A DNA stretch of 64,000 nt from Anthoceros angustus (taxonomy: Eukaryota > Plantae > Anthocerotophyta): contig MU008161.1 of NCBI GenBank assembly GCA_010909165.1, forward strand, positions 930,001-994,000, in the 5' to 3' direction. The notes under the pieces were generated by a model. It was not told the origin of the DNA and ran no database searches. It worked only from the letters and a program-made list of their open reading frames with translations. Shown piece by piece: positions 1 to 12,900 of this stretch. Numbering within the stretch: position 1 is the stretch's first letter; every line of letters starts with the position of its first letter. Made by a program: the position numbers and the translations under genes.

Positions 1-44
1 CCGCCTGCCCTATGCATCGTCACCGTTACAGTGCTCGTGTGCAG

Positions 45-3000
45 GTCGCTCATTGCCCTTTCTGCGAGAAAGTCTTTGAGTCGGCTTACTTCCTTGTAAG
101 TAGACGCAATGCTATGGTTTCTTGCTCTTGAAGAAGCTGTGGCTAAGGTTTACGCCTGTTTAACAACGCTGGGAAAGCTTGCCAGGACCTTCACATGTCC
201 AGAAGGCATGGCAAGTCGGGGGGCAATCACAGCACGGAAGAGAAGATCATCGCAGTGGTCACCAAGGAGGAGTCGAGACCAACACAAGTGAGCTTTCCTT
301 TTGTGAATTCGGATCCTCGCATAAGCGCTTGGTTTCTGATACAGGATAACGCCTGCAGGTAGCAGAAACGTCAGCCCTTCATGCTGAGTTGCAGCAGCTG
401 CGCATTACCTCTCAGGTGGGTGGATGGGGTTCTGCCTTTTTAGTTTCCTGGATGGCTGTGGCACTACTCGAATTGACCTTGTCCGCACAAGTATATGCTT
501 ATTTTTGCGTCGCTTCGGGCTCAGGCTGAGTTTCAACGAGCAGAAACCGCAGCGCAGGCGCAGGTGCAGACCGAATGAAGTATCTTGCCCTTGGTTCTCA
601 CTTTGGTATGCGTCATTAACATGGGCATCCATCATTTGGTGCTTGGAAGTCAGATAGCTTCCCTTCAGTCAGCTCTGAGAGACAGTAACTACAAGCTCTT
701 GGAGGTGCAAAGCAGGCTCGACTCTATCCAGACTCAAATGCAAGCCTCTTCAACAGCTGTGGGCATTCTCCTCCTGTGTCCCTCCAGGCGTGCTACCTTT
801 TCTCAAATGCTTCACCACATAAGCTCTGTTTGGTCAACACATGTCTTGGGTTTTGCAGGAGGTTCATCATCGTCTTGAGAACCTTCAAACTCAGATCATT
901 GCATCGTCCTCTGTAGGTTCCCACTTTTCACTCCTGTCTATTGCTGTTTCTGAGTAATCGCCTAGTGCCTCAACGGTAGTTTGCATTATACGCCCCTTCT
1001 TGTGTTCATAAGGATCGCTTTCCTTTCCAGCAGGGTTTCAGGCCCAAAGACATTCCCACAGAGAGGCCAACAGACAAGGACTTCTATTCTGGACAGGAGG
1101 TACGTTCTGCTCTCTGTGAAACAACAACTGGGAATCTCTTGAGAGAGTCCTCTTTGCCAGTCCTTGAGCTTAACTTTGATCGTTCGTTGCTGCAGAAACT
1201 GAGGGAACTGGAGCTAAAGTTCGTAACCCTTGATCAACAGCTTAACAACCTGAATAATGTAAGAGATGTGGACATCTCATTATCTTTTTATTAGATGATT
1301 GCTGGCAGGAGTGAGTCTCACATTAAGCTTGCATCCAGGAAAATGCAAGATTGGTGAAGGAGCTTGAATCTGCATACCAGGAAGTAAACAAGTCTAGACC
1401 TAACATTCCTCCTTCCCGTCAGCTCCAGCATGCTTAGTAAGTGCACGTCTTGTCCGACTGCAGGTGCATGGTTTGAAATCCGAAAAAGACGAACACCCGT
1501 CCTCACATGAAAATCAGGAGAATCAGATCTCCACTGTGACTACTGTATCTGTAAAAGGACGTGCGCGCCTAGCAATACCGCAAGCGCAGTATCAGGAGTA
1601 CGAGGTTTGAAAGTTCCTCGCCAGGTGCTTCGAGAAGTCGTCATCTTTTGACGCTTGGACATTTTTAAGTCTTGGTGTGTTGGCTTCTGTGCAGGTAGAA
1701 GAGCTGGAAAGGGGAAGTCAGCCGGCAAGAAGGCCTATCCGAAAGGTGCTTCCCTTGCATATGGAGGAGGCTGGAACACGCAAGCTAAGTTTGTTACTAC
1801 ATCATTTACCGATCAGTTTTTCTGCTGCAGGAGCATGGCAGAGTTAAACTATCACCGGACGCTCACAAGAAGCCAAAGTCACTGAAGGTTTGCACGAACG
1901 TCTCACTGTTGTTTTAGTGAGACTAGCTCAAGAATGGAGGAATCTGACGGATTTGAAATCACAGAACTGGTTCAGCGAGGTGGGCCAGGAAGAGAGAGCT
2001 CAGGCTCGGGAGCGATCAGATACTGAAGGCGGAATGGCAACTGTCGATGATGGAGAAAGGTGTTCATTGATCTTCAGTTTTGTTATGAAGGCATTCCGAA
2101 ATAGAGCATGGTCAGTCTTCACTGGTTTGTGTCACATCAATTGTTTCTGTATGTGGCAGACATCAAACTGAGGAACAAGGATCTCGACGATCTATTGGTG
2201 CACAACTAGAAAGGAGAGAACCGCATTTCAACGTAAGTCATTGTGGATGGGGCCATCGAGGAAAACTGGCTTTCTTTTGTGTTCCAAGGTCTGAAATTAG
2301 TCCATGAAGGCCCGGGACTTCCTGCTCTAGAGCTCAGGAACGTAGTTTTCTCCTTCTTGCGTCTCACTGCTTTTCGTCTTCAGTTGCAGGAGGATCCGAG
2401 AACCATTGCGCAGCAGGTAAAATTTGTGGCCCCTGTGAATCTGTTGGGTTTCTGCAATCATTATGACGCTTCTATCAAACTCCTGGTGCTGGCCCTGAAC
2501 GTTATCTCAGAGATTGACAAAGGATGCGGTGACTGAAATTGGAGAAGCAGCACCATGGATGTCAATACCAGAAAAGGAGCAATGGTTAAAGGAGCATTCT
2601 TATGCACCCGTCCCCTTTTCGTAAGAGAGGCGACTGGTAATATGCTGGTTGGGTGCAAATATCCAGTATTTTGTTCTGATGTTTGTTCCATTGATTACCA
2701 CAGGCCATTTGCGGTTGCCAAATACCCACATTCATCAGAAAAGTTCAAAAGCAAGCACGAAGAGCTTGCTCAGGTCACATCCGAAACCATGTGTGCCCAA
2801 ATCCAGTGTCCATCCTGCGCGGTGTAACAAAGCTGAATGAGCTCTTCCACCTCTGTGGATTTTACAGGCCTTGGATACGCAATTGGAGAATGAGATGATG
2901 AAGTTTGGCGTGCAGGGTTCATCAGACGGGTTGAGGTGTAGTGCCAAGGCCGCGAGCACTGTCAGAATGCACGTGTTCCGCTGATGTTCGTGGAAGTAAC

Positions 3001-4431
3001 ACCTTTTCTGATCCTTGGATATGCAGTGACGCCAAGTACTCGCAGGTTGCTGCCGCTCTGGAGAAACAAAGGGCTATGCGTTATGAGCAAGCCCGTGCAA
3101 GCGAGCGCCGTGTTATGGAGAGTGAAAGGGGAGCAATCCTTTGGCATACAGATGTGATGCTGCTTCAGACCCATCTTCTGGTTACATGTTTCTCTCCGCT
3201 GGCCGCAACTGACTCAGCACGGTGGGCTTTGCAGAGGGCTATCCACACCCGAGATGTTCAGCAAATAGAAGCCAGTTTTAATCCTAGCTTGTCCAACTCT
3301 CGCATGAGCGACTGCTCCAACTCTGATGCATGCTCTGATGACGATGGAGGAGGAGGTCCACAGGTTTGCATTGGAATCCAAGCTCCTTAAAAAGAAACGA
3401 TTTCTTGGTGAATCAAGTCACCACATGTTTGCTGTGTTATGCGCAGTGTTGGCAGGAGTGTTCGAGACGACCGATGAGCAGGGGGATGCATGATGGAGCA
3501 AGCTCGGATATCAGCGACCATGGTTACCGCAGCGAGGAGTCAGATGCATTTGCAAGAAGGAGGCAGCAAGCAAGCTCCTCGGACAGACGCGCCCCTTTCG
3601 CTCCTAAGCCGTTTGTAACCAAGCATGGCGAAGAATCCCAGTTTATGCAACAGGCAAACGGTTACGGGCTGTTCTCAGAGACGCTTGAGGAAGAATTGGA
3701 GGAGGCGGAAAGTCCTGGAAAGGAGGGCCCCGGCCCCGGAACTGTGAGCTCCGGGGTACCAGAGGACCGGGACGAGGTGGAGCTGGGGCTTGGCAACTGG
3801 GCCAGCGACGACGAAGAACAGGAGGCAAGAACACAAGGCTCTGATAGGTAAGTTTCTCCATCTCGACAGGCAAGGCAAGCATGGCGATCAGCGTCCGGTG
3901 ACTGCTGCATAATTTGTTGCTGGTTGCAGGAGGAATATAATTGACAAGCAGCTGACAGAACGGGCATCACTTGCTCTGTCGCAGCCGCAGACTCCTAAAC
4001 ACGCTGGTAAGAAGAACATGCAAGTTAAACTTCTACCCACAACAAAAGAACCCACCCTAGCTAATAAGTCCCTAACAAAACAAGTCGATGCATATTATCC
4101 GGCAGGATTCTCAAGGTCTCTCAGCAGCCCGAGTAGACTGCGGGGTAGCCCGTTGTCACTCCATCAGCCGAACGGATTCGGCAAGTCCAGCCCTCTGAAG
4201 CAAAAGGCGAAGGCCCCGTCACCATATCCTTCCATCTCAATAATTTCTCGAACCGTCTATGACTGCTTGAAACAATTGCCGGCTGGATTGCCTGAAACCA
4301 CTGCTCTCTGGAAACAGGCTTCCTTAACAGCAGCCTTCACTAAAGGTAAACCAGATGACGGCACCCGCAGTGAGGACAGCAGGATCTTGGACGAGCTTGG
4401 CGGGGAGATCGACGAAATCATCAGGCTGTAG
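45..4431 (+). CDS. DZIP1-like: DZIP1/DZIP1L-like ciliary basal-body zinc-finger and coiled-coil protein; multi-exon, 5' part lies upstream of the window
   Basis: Spliced exons 45-95 and 186-287 (AG/GT bounded) give VAHCPFCEKVFESAYFL|DLHMSRRHG, a C2H2 finger like that of DZIP1. Coiled-coil exons follow (IASLQSALRDSNYKLLEVQSRL), then a segment ALDTQLENEMMKFGVQG...LEKQRAMRYEQ resembling the DZIP1 C-terminal region. Last exon ends IDEIIRL* at 4431. Intermediate exon boundaries were not all resolved. Confidence 0.7.
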
Positions 4432-4641
4432 CCCTTGAAGTACCATTTCGGTTCATGCGTAAAGCACAGAACAGTCGAAGGCGGCCTCACTGAAGCTTGA
4501 TCTCTCGAATTGATCCTCCATCCCGCCTTGCTAACGCCGTACCTCGACAGGAATCCGGTGATCTGTCATCTCCTGGTCACCATCCCAACCTGAAGCAGTA
4601 ACTTCACCTTTTGGAATTGTGCAGACCTCCAGTCTCCCCTT

Positions 4642-5760
4642 CTAGAGTGACATCCCTGCAAAGAGAAGCTCCAGCTCCTCCGCCTGGGATGCCGTTCTTG
4701 CCTGCAGACACGAGAGGTAAATCACACACTTCCAGCATTCAAGAAAGTAACAGAAAACACAAATCGAGGAGCGCCAGACCTCGGGGTGGACGGACAACAA
4801 TTCCAACATCTTATTGAGAACACGAAGACGATGAGTGGCGTAAGCGCTGCAAGGGGGCAGCTTCTTCACGCGCTCCACCTCCGCTTGCACCTGAGCCACC
4901 TTCCGCTTCTCACTCTCCTGTTCCGACTCCATCCATTCGCTGGCCCTAGAGCTCTCGGCAATTGCAGTCTCGAGCAGGTCGACCTCGCCCGCTGCCGCTG
5001 CTGCAATTGTAGCACCCGCATTCTGCAGAATTACATCGGTTCCCATGGCATGACTTTTTCAACTGCAGCAAGCAAGCACATGCACTTTGAAGCACAACAA
5101 ACAGCAGGGTGACTGCATCAGAAACTCGTTTCTCACCTACTCCTGCCACGGTGCCAGCAAGAGCGACGGGCGTCGCCTGCCAGCTGCAGTCAAGTCTCAA
5201 CCTCAAGCTTGAACCGCATACAGACCCAACTAACTTATGAAGGTTATGACGTGCCAACTTTGCGTATGCAACCTCGCAGAGCAACCCTACTGGAAGGTTC
5301 TGCGATTTGCCCCCGCGCCGGGCGGCACGCCCGCTTTTGTGTTCCTGACCTCATGTTTGTCGTCGTTGGTTTCACTTTTGTGGCAACCATGCGGCGCAGG
5401 ACATTTCTTGGTTCATGGGGGCCAACTGCAAGCTCAACCCCCTGGGCCCGATTACTCCATGTGGGAACCTTGGGTTAGAGGAGGGTCGATTTTTGGCACG
5501 CCCATGCCACCCATGACTGATAGTAGTTGCTGCCGGGTCTGCACAGGCCATTGCTTGGAGCACTCTGCCGAGGATGTCTGCTCTCTTGTCCTCCTGGTCC
5601 GTTGCTGCCCAGCTGGTCACTACAGAGTTGGGTATGAGCAGCGGCTGTTGAATGGAGACTTGTTGGTGGGAGATATTGTAAGGAGCTCTGTTGCCTGCTA
5701 CCAAGTTCTCGTGTTCAGGAAATTGCAGGGCGATCTTACGTGTTGCGTTTGTGTGCACGT
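4642..5760 (-). CDS. Uncharacterised plant protein; C-terminal exons clear, 5' structure unresolved
   Basis: C-terminus SEKRKVAQVQAEVERVKKLPPCSAYATHRLRVLNKMLELLSV...RTASQAEELELLFAGMSL* is protein-like, with a GT..CAG intron at ~4706-4783. Upstream frames contain stops or shifts. Confidence 0.5.
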
Positions 5761-6522
5761 AGGTGCGACATCAGATGTGGTGGTGAAGGACCTGGAGAGA
5801 TGCAAGATGCAGCCTTGTTTCTGCATATGCAGCGTTTGGGAGCTGTCGCCACGCTGCTAAAGCTGGAGGTCTGAAGTGGGCAGCTAAGGTATCATTGGTG
5901 TGCGCAGAAGCATCGATGCTTGGATTGGCTTGTATGTGCTTGGAGGTGGTGAGGTTGTGCTTGACTCTGGTAATTTTGGAGCAGAGTTTATGGCATCCAC
6001 GGCGAGGGCCGTAATGCTGGCTGTCTGGAGACAGCAAGCATGATCTCAGGCTTGATGTTGGAGGAAGGATCGCCTATGTCTGCGGGCCCGCCCGAGGATT
6101 CGATCGGAGGCCTGCAGCTTCTTGTTGGTCGTGATGGCCATCCAAGGGTTTTTGATCTTGTGTCCAATGCTGGCGTAGGCTTCAGCTGCTGCAACCCTAT
6201 GGACAGTCTGCGGGTAAGAGTATTTGCAACTATTCCTCATTGTGTCTGTGCTGTGAAGTGCTTTATTCGGAGATATTTTGATTGTTCCGTGTTGTTGACT
6301 GTCAGTTCAACACTTCCCAGTATTTGGATGGCGGCCTCTCCCATTGACCTGTAGTGGGGTGCTTTTCCCGAAGCTACAGCGGACCACGTTCCGCCTTGCA
6401 GTGAGCCTCATAACTTGTTTCACCTCAGTAGGAAATAATTGATAGCTTGCCTCTCTTTCTCTGACCCGTGCGTAGGTCAGCTGTTGTTCAGACCATCACT
6501 CTTTCCACTTTCGTTGCAGATT

Positions 6523-9315
6523 ATGATTCGTCCAAAGCAGCTGCTTCCCCTGTACAAGGGTGCACGAACTTGGCTGGTAGCTGGATCATCCTGTGGGGCA
6601 AGAACTAATACCAAAGAGGGTAGCCCTGCAAATCACCCATGTGATGACCAGACACCTACCAGAATACGGGATGATGTCCCAAATAGACCCCTGACTGGTG
6701 TTTTGAAGCCTGAGCCAGCCGTTGAAGGTTCTGACTCCTTTGTACAGGTTAAGTCAGCAGATGCTTATTTAGCACATGGATCGGTTGATCACTATTTGTA
6801 CAAAACTCTGCCTATACGAGCATATGCAGGATGTTCCGCTGGGGGAGAGCTTTTGAATGAAAGGACGGGTGAGCACACACAACCAGCTGTAGAACATGTC
6901 ACATCAGACCTCACCTCCTCTGCAGCACGTTCTAAATTCCCTGGGTTGCGGAATAGCAGAGAATTTGCACCGCTGGAGACTCAAGATCGGGGAAGAGGAG
7001 TACAGGGTGGTCAGTGTGCAGCAAATCCAATCGAGAGCAGGAAATCTGGTTTGGCAGATATAGATGGGTTGTCCAGGGAACAATTACCCACTGTGTCAAG
7101 TGGAGTCAAACCTGTTAGTACCCCTGGGCTGCAAAACATCAACACCCGTAGTGGGTACAAGGAGCTTGGGACCCTTCATACCAGCGCTTCACCTCACAAG
7201 AAGCTAATTGGTGATTCTCGGGTCCATGATGGTGCACCTTGTTCTATGTATGAAAGTCGAGGCAATCGTGTTTTTTCTGGCGGCACAAAATCTGTTGTGC
7301 CATCTACGAACAAATGCTTCCAAACGGTTAATTTTGGAAGTACCGAAACCAATTCAAAACAGGTGAGCAATATTTTTTCTCAGACGGAGGTGCCTCTGGC
7401 TGACACAGTTGTTGGCTTACATGCCTGCAAGGAAGACAACTCTAGTCCATCCTTCAATGGTTTATTGTCAACCGCCGAGCGGAAAAATGAAATCTTGGCA
7501 GTGGTGAAGGATGATGAATCCATTTGGCAGGGTTTTGGCTCTTCTGGAATGTTGCCGGAATCCACAAGAGCACCTAAAAGGCTACCAAAATCTCATTATC
7601 GGGCCAAGTTAGGGTCAGGTAGCAGGAATATGGTGGTGGATGAGGTATGTAGCATTTTGAAAGAAACACACTCGGAACTGTACACCAATGCTGCACTGGA
7701 TAATTTGACTTCCCGGCTCACTTCTTATCAAGTGAATGAGATTCTTAAGAATCAGAATGAAGTAGGAGTCGCCATGCAGTTCTTCCAGTGGGTCAAGCGA
7801 GATGGCACCTTGAAACATGATCTTCACACCTACACAACAATGATCGGCATACTAGGCAGAGCAAAATGTTTTGATGCCATGGAGCTTCTGCTGGAAGAGA
7901 TGAACCAGGATGGCATCAAACCAAGTGTGGTGACATTCAACAGGCTTATTCACAGCTATGGGAAGGCTAGTCTGTTGTTGGAAGCTCTTTCCATATTCCG
8001 TCACATGCAAACAGTTGGTTGTGAACCTGATCGAGTGACTTACTGCACCCTCATTGATTTACATGCAAAGGAGGGACTCCATGATACTGCTATGCAGATT
8101 TACAAGCAAATGCTGCAGGCTGGTCTACAGCCGGATACATTCACCTTCAGTGTTATCATTCATTGCCTAGGAAAAGCAGGTAAGTCGAGTGCTGCACACA
8201 AGGTTTTCCGGGAGATGCTCGAGCATGGATGCAGTCCCAACATAGTAACACACAATATCATTCTTGATCTGCATGCCAAGGCTGGCAATTGGCGTCTGGC
8301 TATGAAGCATTACAATGACATGCAGGATGCTGGATTTCGACCAAACAAGGTGACATATTCTATAATGATGGAGGTTCTTGGAAACTCTGGCCACATTCAA
8401 GAGGCAGAGCAAGTTCTCTTTGAGATGGAGCAAGGAGGCTGGGATTTGGACATGCCAATGTATGGGCTTATGATCGACATGTGGGGAAAAGCCGGGGATG
8501 CTGACAAGGCTTGTCAATGGTACCGCCGAATGCTGGATTCTGGTATGACTCCGAATGTGCAAATTTGCAACTCTCTGGGGAGTGCCTTCCTTAGGCTGAA
8601 CAACTATGAAGCAGCCAAGACTTTGCTTAGCGGAATGTCACGGTTGGGTCTTGTGCCGAGTTTGCAGACATATACTCTCCTCCTCAGTTGCTGCACAACA
8701 TGTAAGGAGAAAGAGCACTTGGACACTGTCTTGCATCTTTTGGGCAACACAGGTCAGCCTGCACATTCCTTTCTTTGCAAGTTGCTGGAAGCAGAGCTTC
8801 AATCGGATGAGTTGCATGCTTATGTAGAAAAATTCTTTGCTACTTTACGGAGTGAGGATTCAGGTACAAGGCGAGGATTTGCTGATGCCTTGATTGATTT
8901 TTTGCACAAGCTAGACTGTCGAGCAGAGGCTGGGTGTGTTTGGGAGGTTGCCCTAGGCAACCACCTATATCCTCTTGCAGTGAAGGAAAAGGATAGGAAT
9001 TTTTGGTCTGTTAACCTTCATGTCATGTCAGTGGGAACAGCCCTGACTGCACTTGCGAAGTCATTAATGGGCTTCAAAGATACAATGCTGCGAACTGGGC
9101 ATATTCCACAAAGGGTTGAAATAGTAACAGGATGGGGGAAGCGCAGCAAAGTCACCGGGTCCTCTCTAGTCAAACACGCCGTTGAGGTTAAACTTGGGGG
9201 ACTGGGCAGCCCGTTCAAGATCCAGGATGCAAATGTCGGGTGTTTCATAAGTGAAGGTGTACAGGTTTACAATTGGCTTCATCAGCCTGAAGTTGCAGAG
9301 AGGCTTGCATCGTAG
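6523..9315 (+). CDS. P-class pentatricopeptide repeat protein with C-terminal SMR domain (At1g18900/At1g74750-like)
   Basis: Intact single-exon ORF; ATG at 6523 (MIRPKQL...) directly after a ttgcag acceptor. Tandem 35-aa PPR motifs (YTTMIGILGRAK, FNRLIHSYGKA, YCTLIDLHAKEG) and an SMR signature (NLHVMSVGTA...IVTGWGKRS...PF...NVGCF). Confidence 0.95.
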   Translation: MIRPKQLLPLYKGARTWLVAGSSCGARTNTKEGSPANHPCDDQTPTRIRDDVPNRPLTGVLKPEPAVEGSDSFVQVKSADAYLAHGSVDHYLYKTLPIRAYAGCSAGGELLNERTGEHTQPAVEHVTSDLTSSAARSKFPGLRNSREFAPLETQDRGRGVQGGQCAANPIESRKSGLADIDGLSREQLPTVSSGVKPVSTPGLQNINTRSGYKELGTLHTSASPHKKLIGDSRVHDGAPCSMYESRGNRVFSGGTKSVVPSTNKCFQTVNFGSTETNSKQVSNIFSQTEVPLADTVVGLHACKEDNSSPSFNGLLSTAERKNEILAVVKDDESIWQGFGSSGMLPESTRAPKRLPKSHYRAKLGSGSRNMVVDEVCSILKETHSELYTNAALDNLTSRLTSYQVNEILKNQNEVGVAMQFFQWVKRDGTLKHDLHTYTTMIGILGRAKCFDAMELLLEEMNQDGIKPSVVTFNRLIHSYGKASLLLEALSIFRHMQTVGCEPDRVTYCTLIDLHAKEGLHDTAMQIYKQMLQAGLQPDTFTFSVIIHCLGKAGKSSAAHKVFREMLEHGCSPNIVTHNIILDLHAKAGNWRLAMKHYNDMQDAGFRPNKVTYSIMMEVLGNSGHIQEAEQVLFEMEQGGWDLDMPMYGLMIDMWGKAGDADKACQWYRRMLDSGMTPNVQICNSLGSAFLRLNNYEAAKTLLSGMSRLGLVPSLQTYTLLLSCCTTCKEKEHLDTVLHLLGNTGQPAHSFLCKLLEAELQSDELHAYVEKFFATLRSEDSGTRRGFADALIDFLHKLDCRAEAGCVWEVALGNHLYPLAVKEKDRNFWSVNLHVMSVGTALTALAKSLMGFKDTMLRTGHIPQRVEIVTGWGKRSKVTGSSLVKHAVEVKLGGLGSPFKIQDANVGCFISEGVQVYNWLHQPEVAERLAS

Positions 9316-9927
9316 CCTGGTTTACCAGGTGGCTATCTTCACTTGTATGGCTTGAGAAGACTCCTTCTTTTCAAGTACGCTCTTCCCCATCACTTTCGTT
9401 TGTATGCCCGTTCTGTTTCCTCTGGTTGGGTGCATGCCATAACTGGCATTGCATCTTCTCCTCGGCGGCCGGCTTCATCAGCTTGGCCTTGGTACAGGGC
9501 AGTAGATTTTGGTTGAGGTTATGCTTGAAAGGAACGGCCAATGGTTTATCTTTGTGTCCATTCTGTTCTTATGCATGTGCAGGATCGAGCCTGTTAACAC
9601 ATGAGGATGCACGTGACAGCTTGCCGCCATGTTCTGCGTCGATGTCGTGTCCAGTTGCTCTGGCGTCGCGCCCTTAAATCTAGGGTAGAGGGTTCACAAG
9701 CGATACCATCCGATTGATGGCATTAGTCGATTAGGTTAGGTCGCTGTTAGCGTGTGGAACCTTTCGCTGGCCTAATTTGCTCCATGAGGTGAGATTTTCG
9801 CGTGTCTTTCGGAAAGATCGAGTGGCCCTTTGACTGAGTTTTGGTTTGACAGGTCATCGATGGGATTTGTTGTACAGAGGAAATATTTATGTGCAATGTC
9901 CCCTGCAAACCTACTACACTAATCAAG

Positions 9928-12900
9928 CTAAGCTCTACGACCCTGCTGGTGCTGTTGATGCGCCCACTGCTGCTGCCTCGCTGTCTCCTCTCGAATTCGC
10001 TCAGCATACATGGGGAGCTTCAATATTTCTGTGATTTCGTTTAAAAGTACCTCCTCCGTAATATTGTCGGCTATACTTCCCATGACCTACGGAGGAACAA
10101 AAATCATTCCAAAATAGTCCTAAACGCATCACCGGCAATGACACTTGAGAGGATCATGAAACTCACCTTCTGGTACACGTGATAGGCATTGGGCATTTCT
10201 TTATCATAACGAATTCGCATGTATTGCCATGTGTTTTCCTCTTTATTCAAAGCGCACTCTACGATCTTGCCATTGCACTCTGCTGGGTCGACCGTGTCTG
10301 CAGGAAAATTGACGGATCAGAGAGGTAGCGCAGACTAACTCTCACGAGGTCGACAACCACCAGCGTGACAATCCAATCAGAGATGATCTAGTCGGGAAAG
10401 ATATTAAAGCACCTGGGAAAGTGACACGTGCGCCATCCAACTGCTTATACTTCCCTCCCTTTTCCACCAAGAAAAGCAGCTGGGCTCCACTGCCTGAAAT
10501 CTGTGAAACATAACCACACGAATTGACCTTAAGAATCCATTCGACAAACCTAGAACGTCTAGAACAAGAGACCAATGTGTCTGGGAACTACCTTGAAGAG
10601 AAAGTCCACAGAGTTCATGTGCGCATATTTCCATTTCAAAAGGCCTTCATGTGTTCGTGGGATATACTCATCTTCCCAGTCCTAACAACAGATGAAATAT
10701 TAGGAAACCGAGCAAGAGTCTGCGATGCCCACTAAACACAGTGAGCGTTAAGAAGCAGAATGTAAAGTAGCGAACCTGAAATATGAGCCCATCAGCTTCA
10801 TGTGAAAGAGTAGGAATGAAGTTTTCGAGGAGTTTCTTGACTGTTGATAACATCCAAAAATTCTTTCGCCTCACCTGCAATGATTGGATTCAATTTTTGA
10901 AGGCTATTTACATATAAAAGGTTGTCGTTCTCAGCTTGACATTAACTGACTTGTAAAAGAACTGAAAGTATTCTTGATGGGGTTTACCCTGAAGAGTTCT
11001 GACTCATACTTGTAACGCGTATTTGAGGATCGGTCGAACGCTCGTGGCTTTATGACATCCTCCTCAATATGCTTCCACCGCTTGTAGAAAGGAATCTGTC
11101 ACACATGAAAATGATACGCGTTTAGCCAAAGCTCAAGCAAATTTCTTGCTCGCAAAGCTTCAGGGCTCAGAGTGCTGATCAATGATCAGAGCCTCTCTCC
11201 AGAAGTATCCGAAACAGAGTCTGTCTCAAAACCTGGCCCAAACTCGTGATTGGTATCAGTATCCCTGACACTGTTTGTTACCTTGCTGAGATGCACCTGA
11301 TTCAACATCATAATATCATACACCAGATATCTCCTTTCTTGGCCTCCAGTTTCAGGATTTTTGTCAATGACCATCTCCCCATCAAGCAAAGTACCATGCT
11401 GAGTATCCAGCGATCCCTGTTAAGGCAACCACAAAAGTGTGAAACCCACTGCCTTTCGATGAGTTTGCAGACCACCACCTACCAAAGATCTACCCAGCTT
11501 ACCTTCAGTGGGAAACGAAGCTGAACTCTTCTGAATGTGAAGTTACGGTCTATCAAATAGCATCCTTGTTTGAATATTAACAGCATGTACCGTGTTCCAT
11601 CTGCCTTCCAAGTTGCATAATAATATCGCTGGCGTAGAAGTTGCAGGTTTTTCCTGTACAATCAAGCACCCCACTACAACATTTAGACCTGAGGTGGAAA
11701 CAAAGGCAAAAAGAAAGAGGACACAGGCAACTGCAAGGGTGCACACCTGTCTAGGGACACAGGCTGTGAGCCCGGAAATCGAAGAGGCCCATGGCCACCT
11801 GTTTTCTGCATAACCCAAGACAAACTCATTAGCAGATAAGTTGCACCAGGAGAGAAGCTGCATTACCCTCAACCCAGACAAAAAGAGATTTGAGTTCCTC
11901 GTTCCCGCTCGTGGCCTCCGACTCATTTCCAGCAGAAACAATAGGTTGGGATACGATGATTACCACACCTAGCCCCCAACAGCATATCTTCTGCAGCTCA
12001 AGCTGATTCTCCTCAGGAATAGCGTCACCTAGGACATCATCATTTGTCATCTCACCAGGAGGTTCTTGTGTGGCCTCCTATTACCAAGACACTTTACTTG
12101 TGGTCAGAAAACAACGTCAAAACAGCTGCAAATAATACGCCTACTTGTCAACAGATCATGAATCTATACCTGCAGAGCTGCCATGATGCCACCATCATCT
12201 TCACCATCATCATCAAGCTCCACTTTAGCCTCCCCATTCAGGTCCACGTCTTCTCTCTTCCATTCTGGTGTATGAGGACAGACAATACTTTCTGGCCTTC
12301 GTTCATGATAGAAATTGAAAAGGCTCTCAATGTATTCCTGCTTGTAGATACCAGGTGGCCTCGCATTTGCAAATGCCTGGATGGCCTGAAAATGGCAGAA
12401 TTTGTCAGAGCGGATGCAACACCAAAACTCAATGACAAGTTTGAATTGACAGTCTTCATAAGCAGCACCAGCACAAACCTTCTCAACACTGAAATTCTTC
12501 GTCCTCACCAAAAAGTGCACAATCATGAAGCCAGTCCGGTTGTGACCATGGGTGCAATGCACCAAAACCAACTTGCTAGTCACATTCTTTACTTGCTTCT
12601 GGCAGAAATATCGGAATACCTGCTCAGCATCAGATAGTCAGCCGACCACTTTCGAAGTCCACAATGACATCTCAGCGAGAAAGGGTAGCACTGCTGCAGT
12701 TCCACTCACTTCAAAAACAAAAGTGTTCACAGACTCTGGGTCTGGCACTTCGTCCCGTCCTCTGCAAGCTATCTACACAAACATAAAAGAGGATAAGAGC
12801 AGCTGTGGCTGTGAGACTGCCAAGCATAGAATGTCTGCAAAGAAATAAAAGTTATTCTTACACCACCACTCAATTATCTACACGGGACAAAACTATTTGC

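Noticed and set aside
5237-5860. 207-aa + strand Cys-rich ORF
   Set aside because: It overlaps the minus-strand gene region and has no recognisable domain; probably an antisense shadow.
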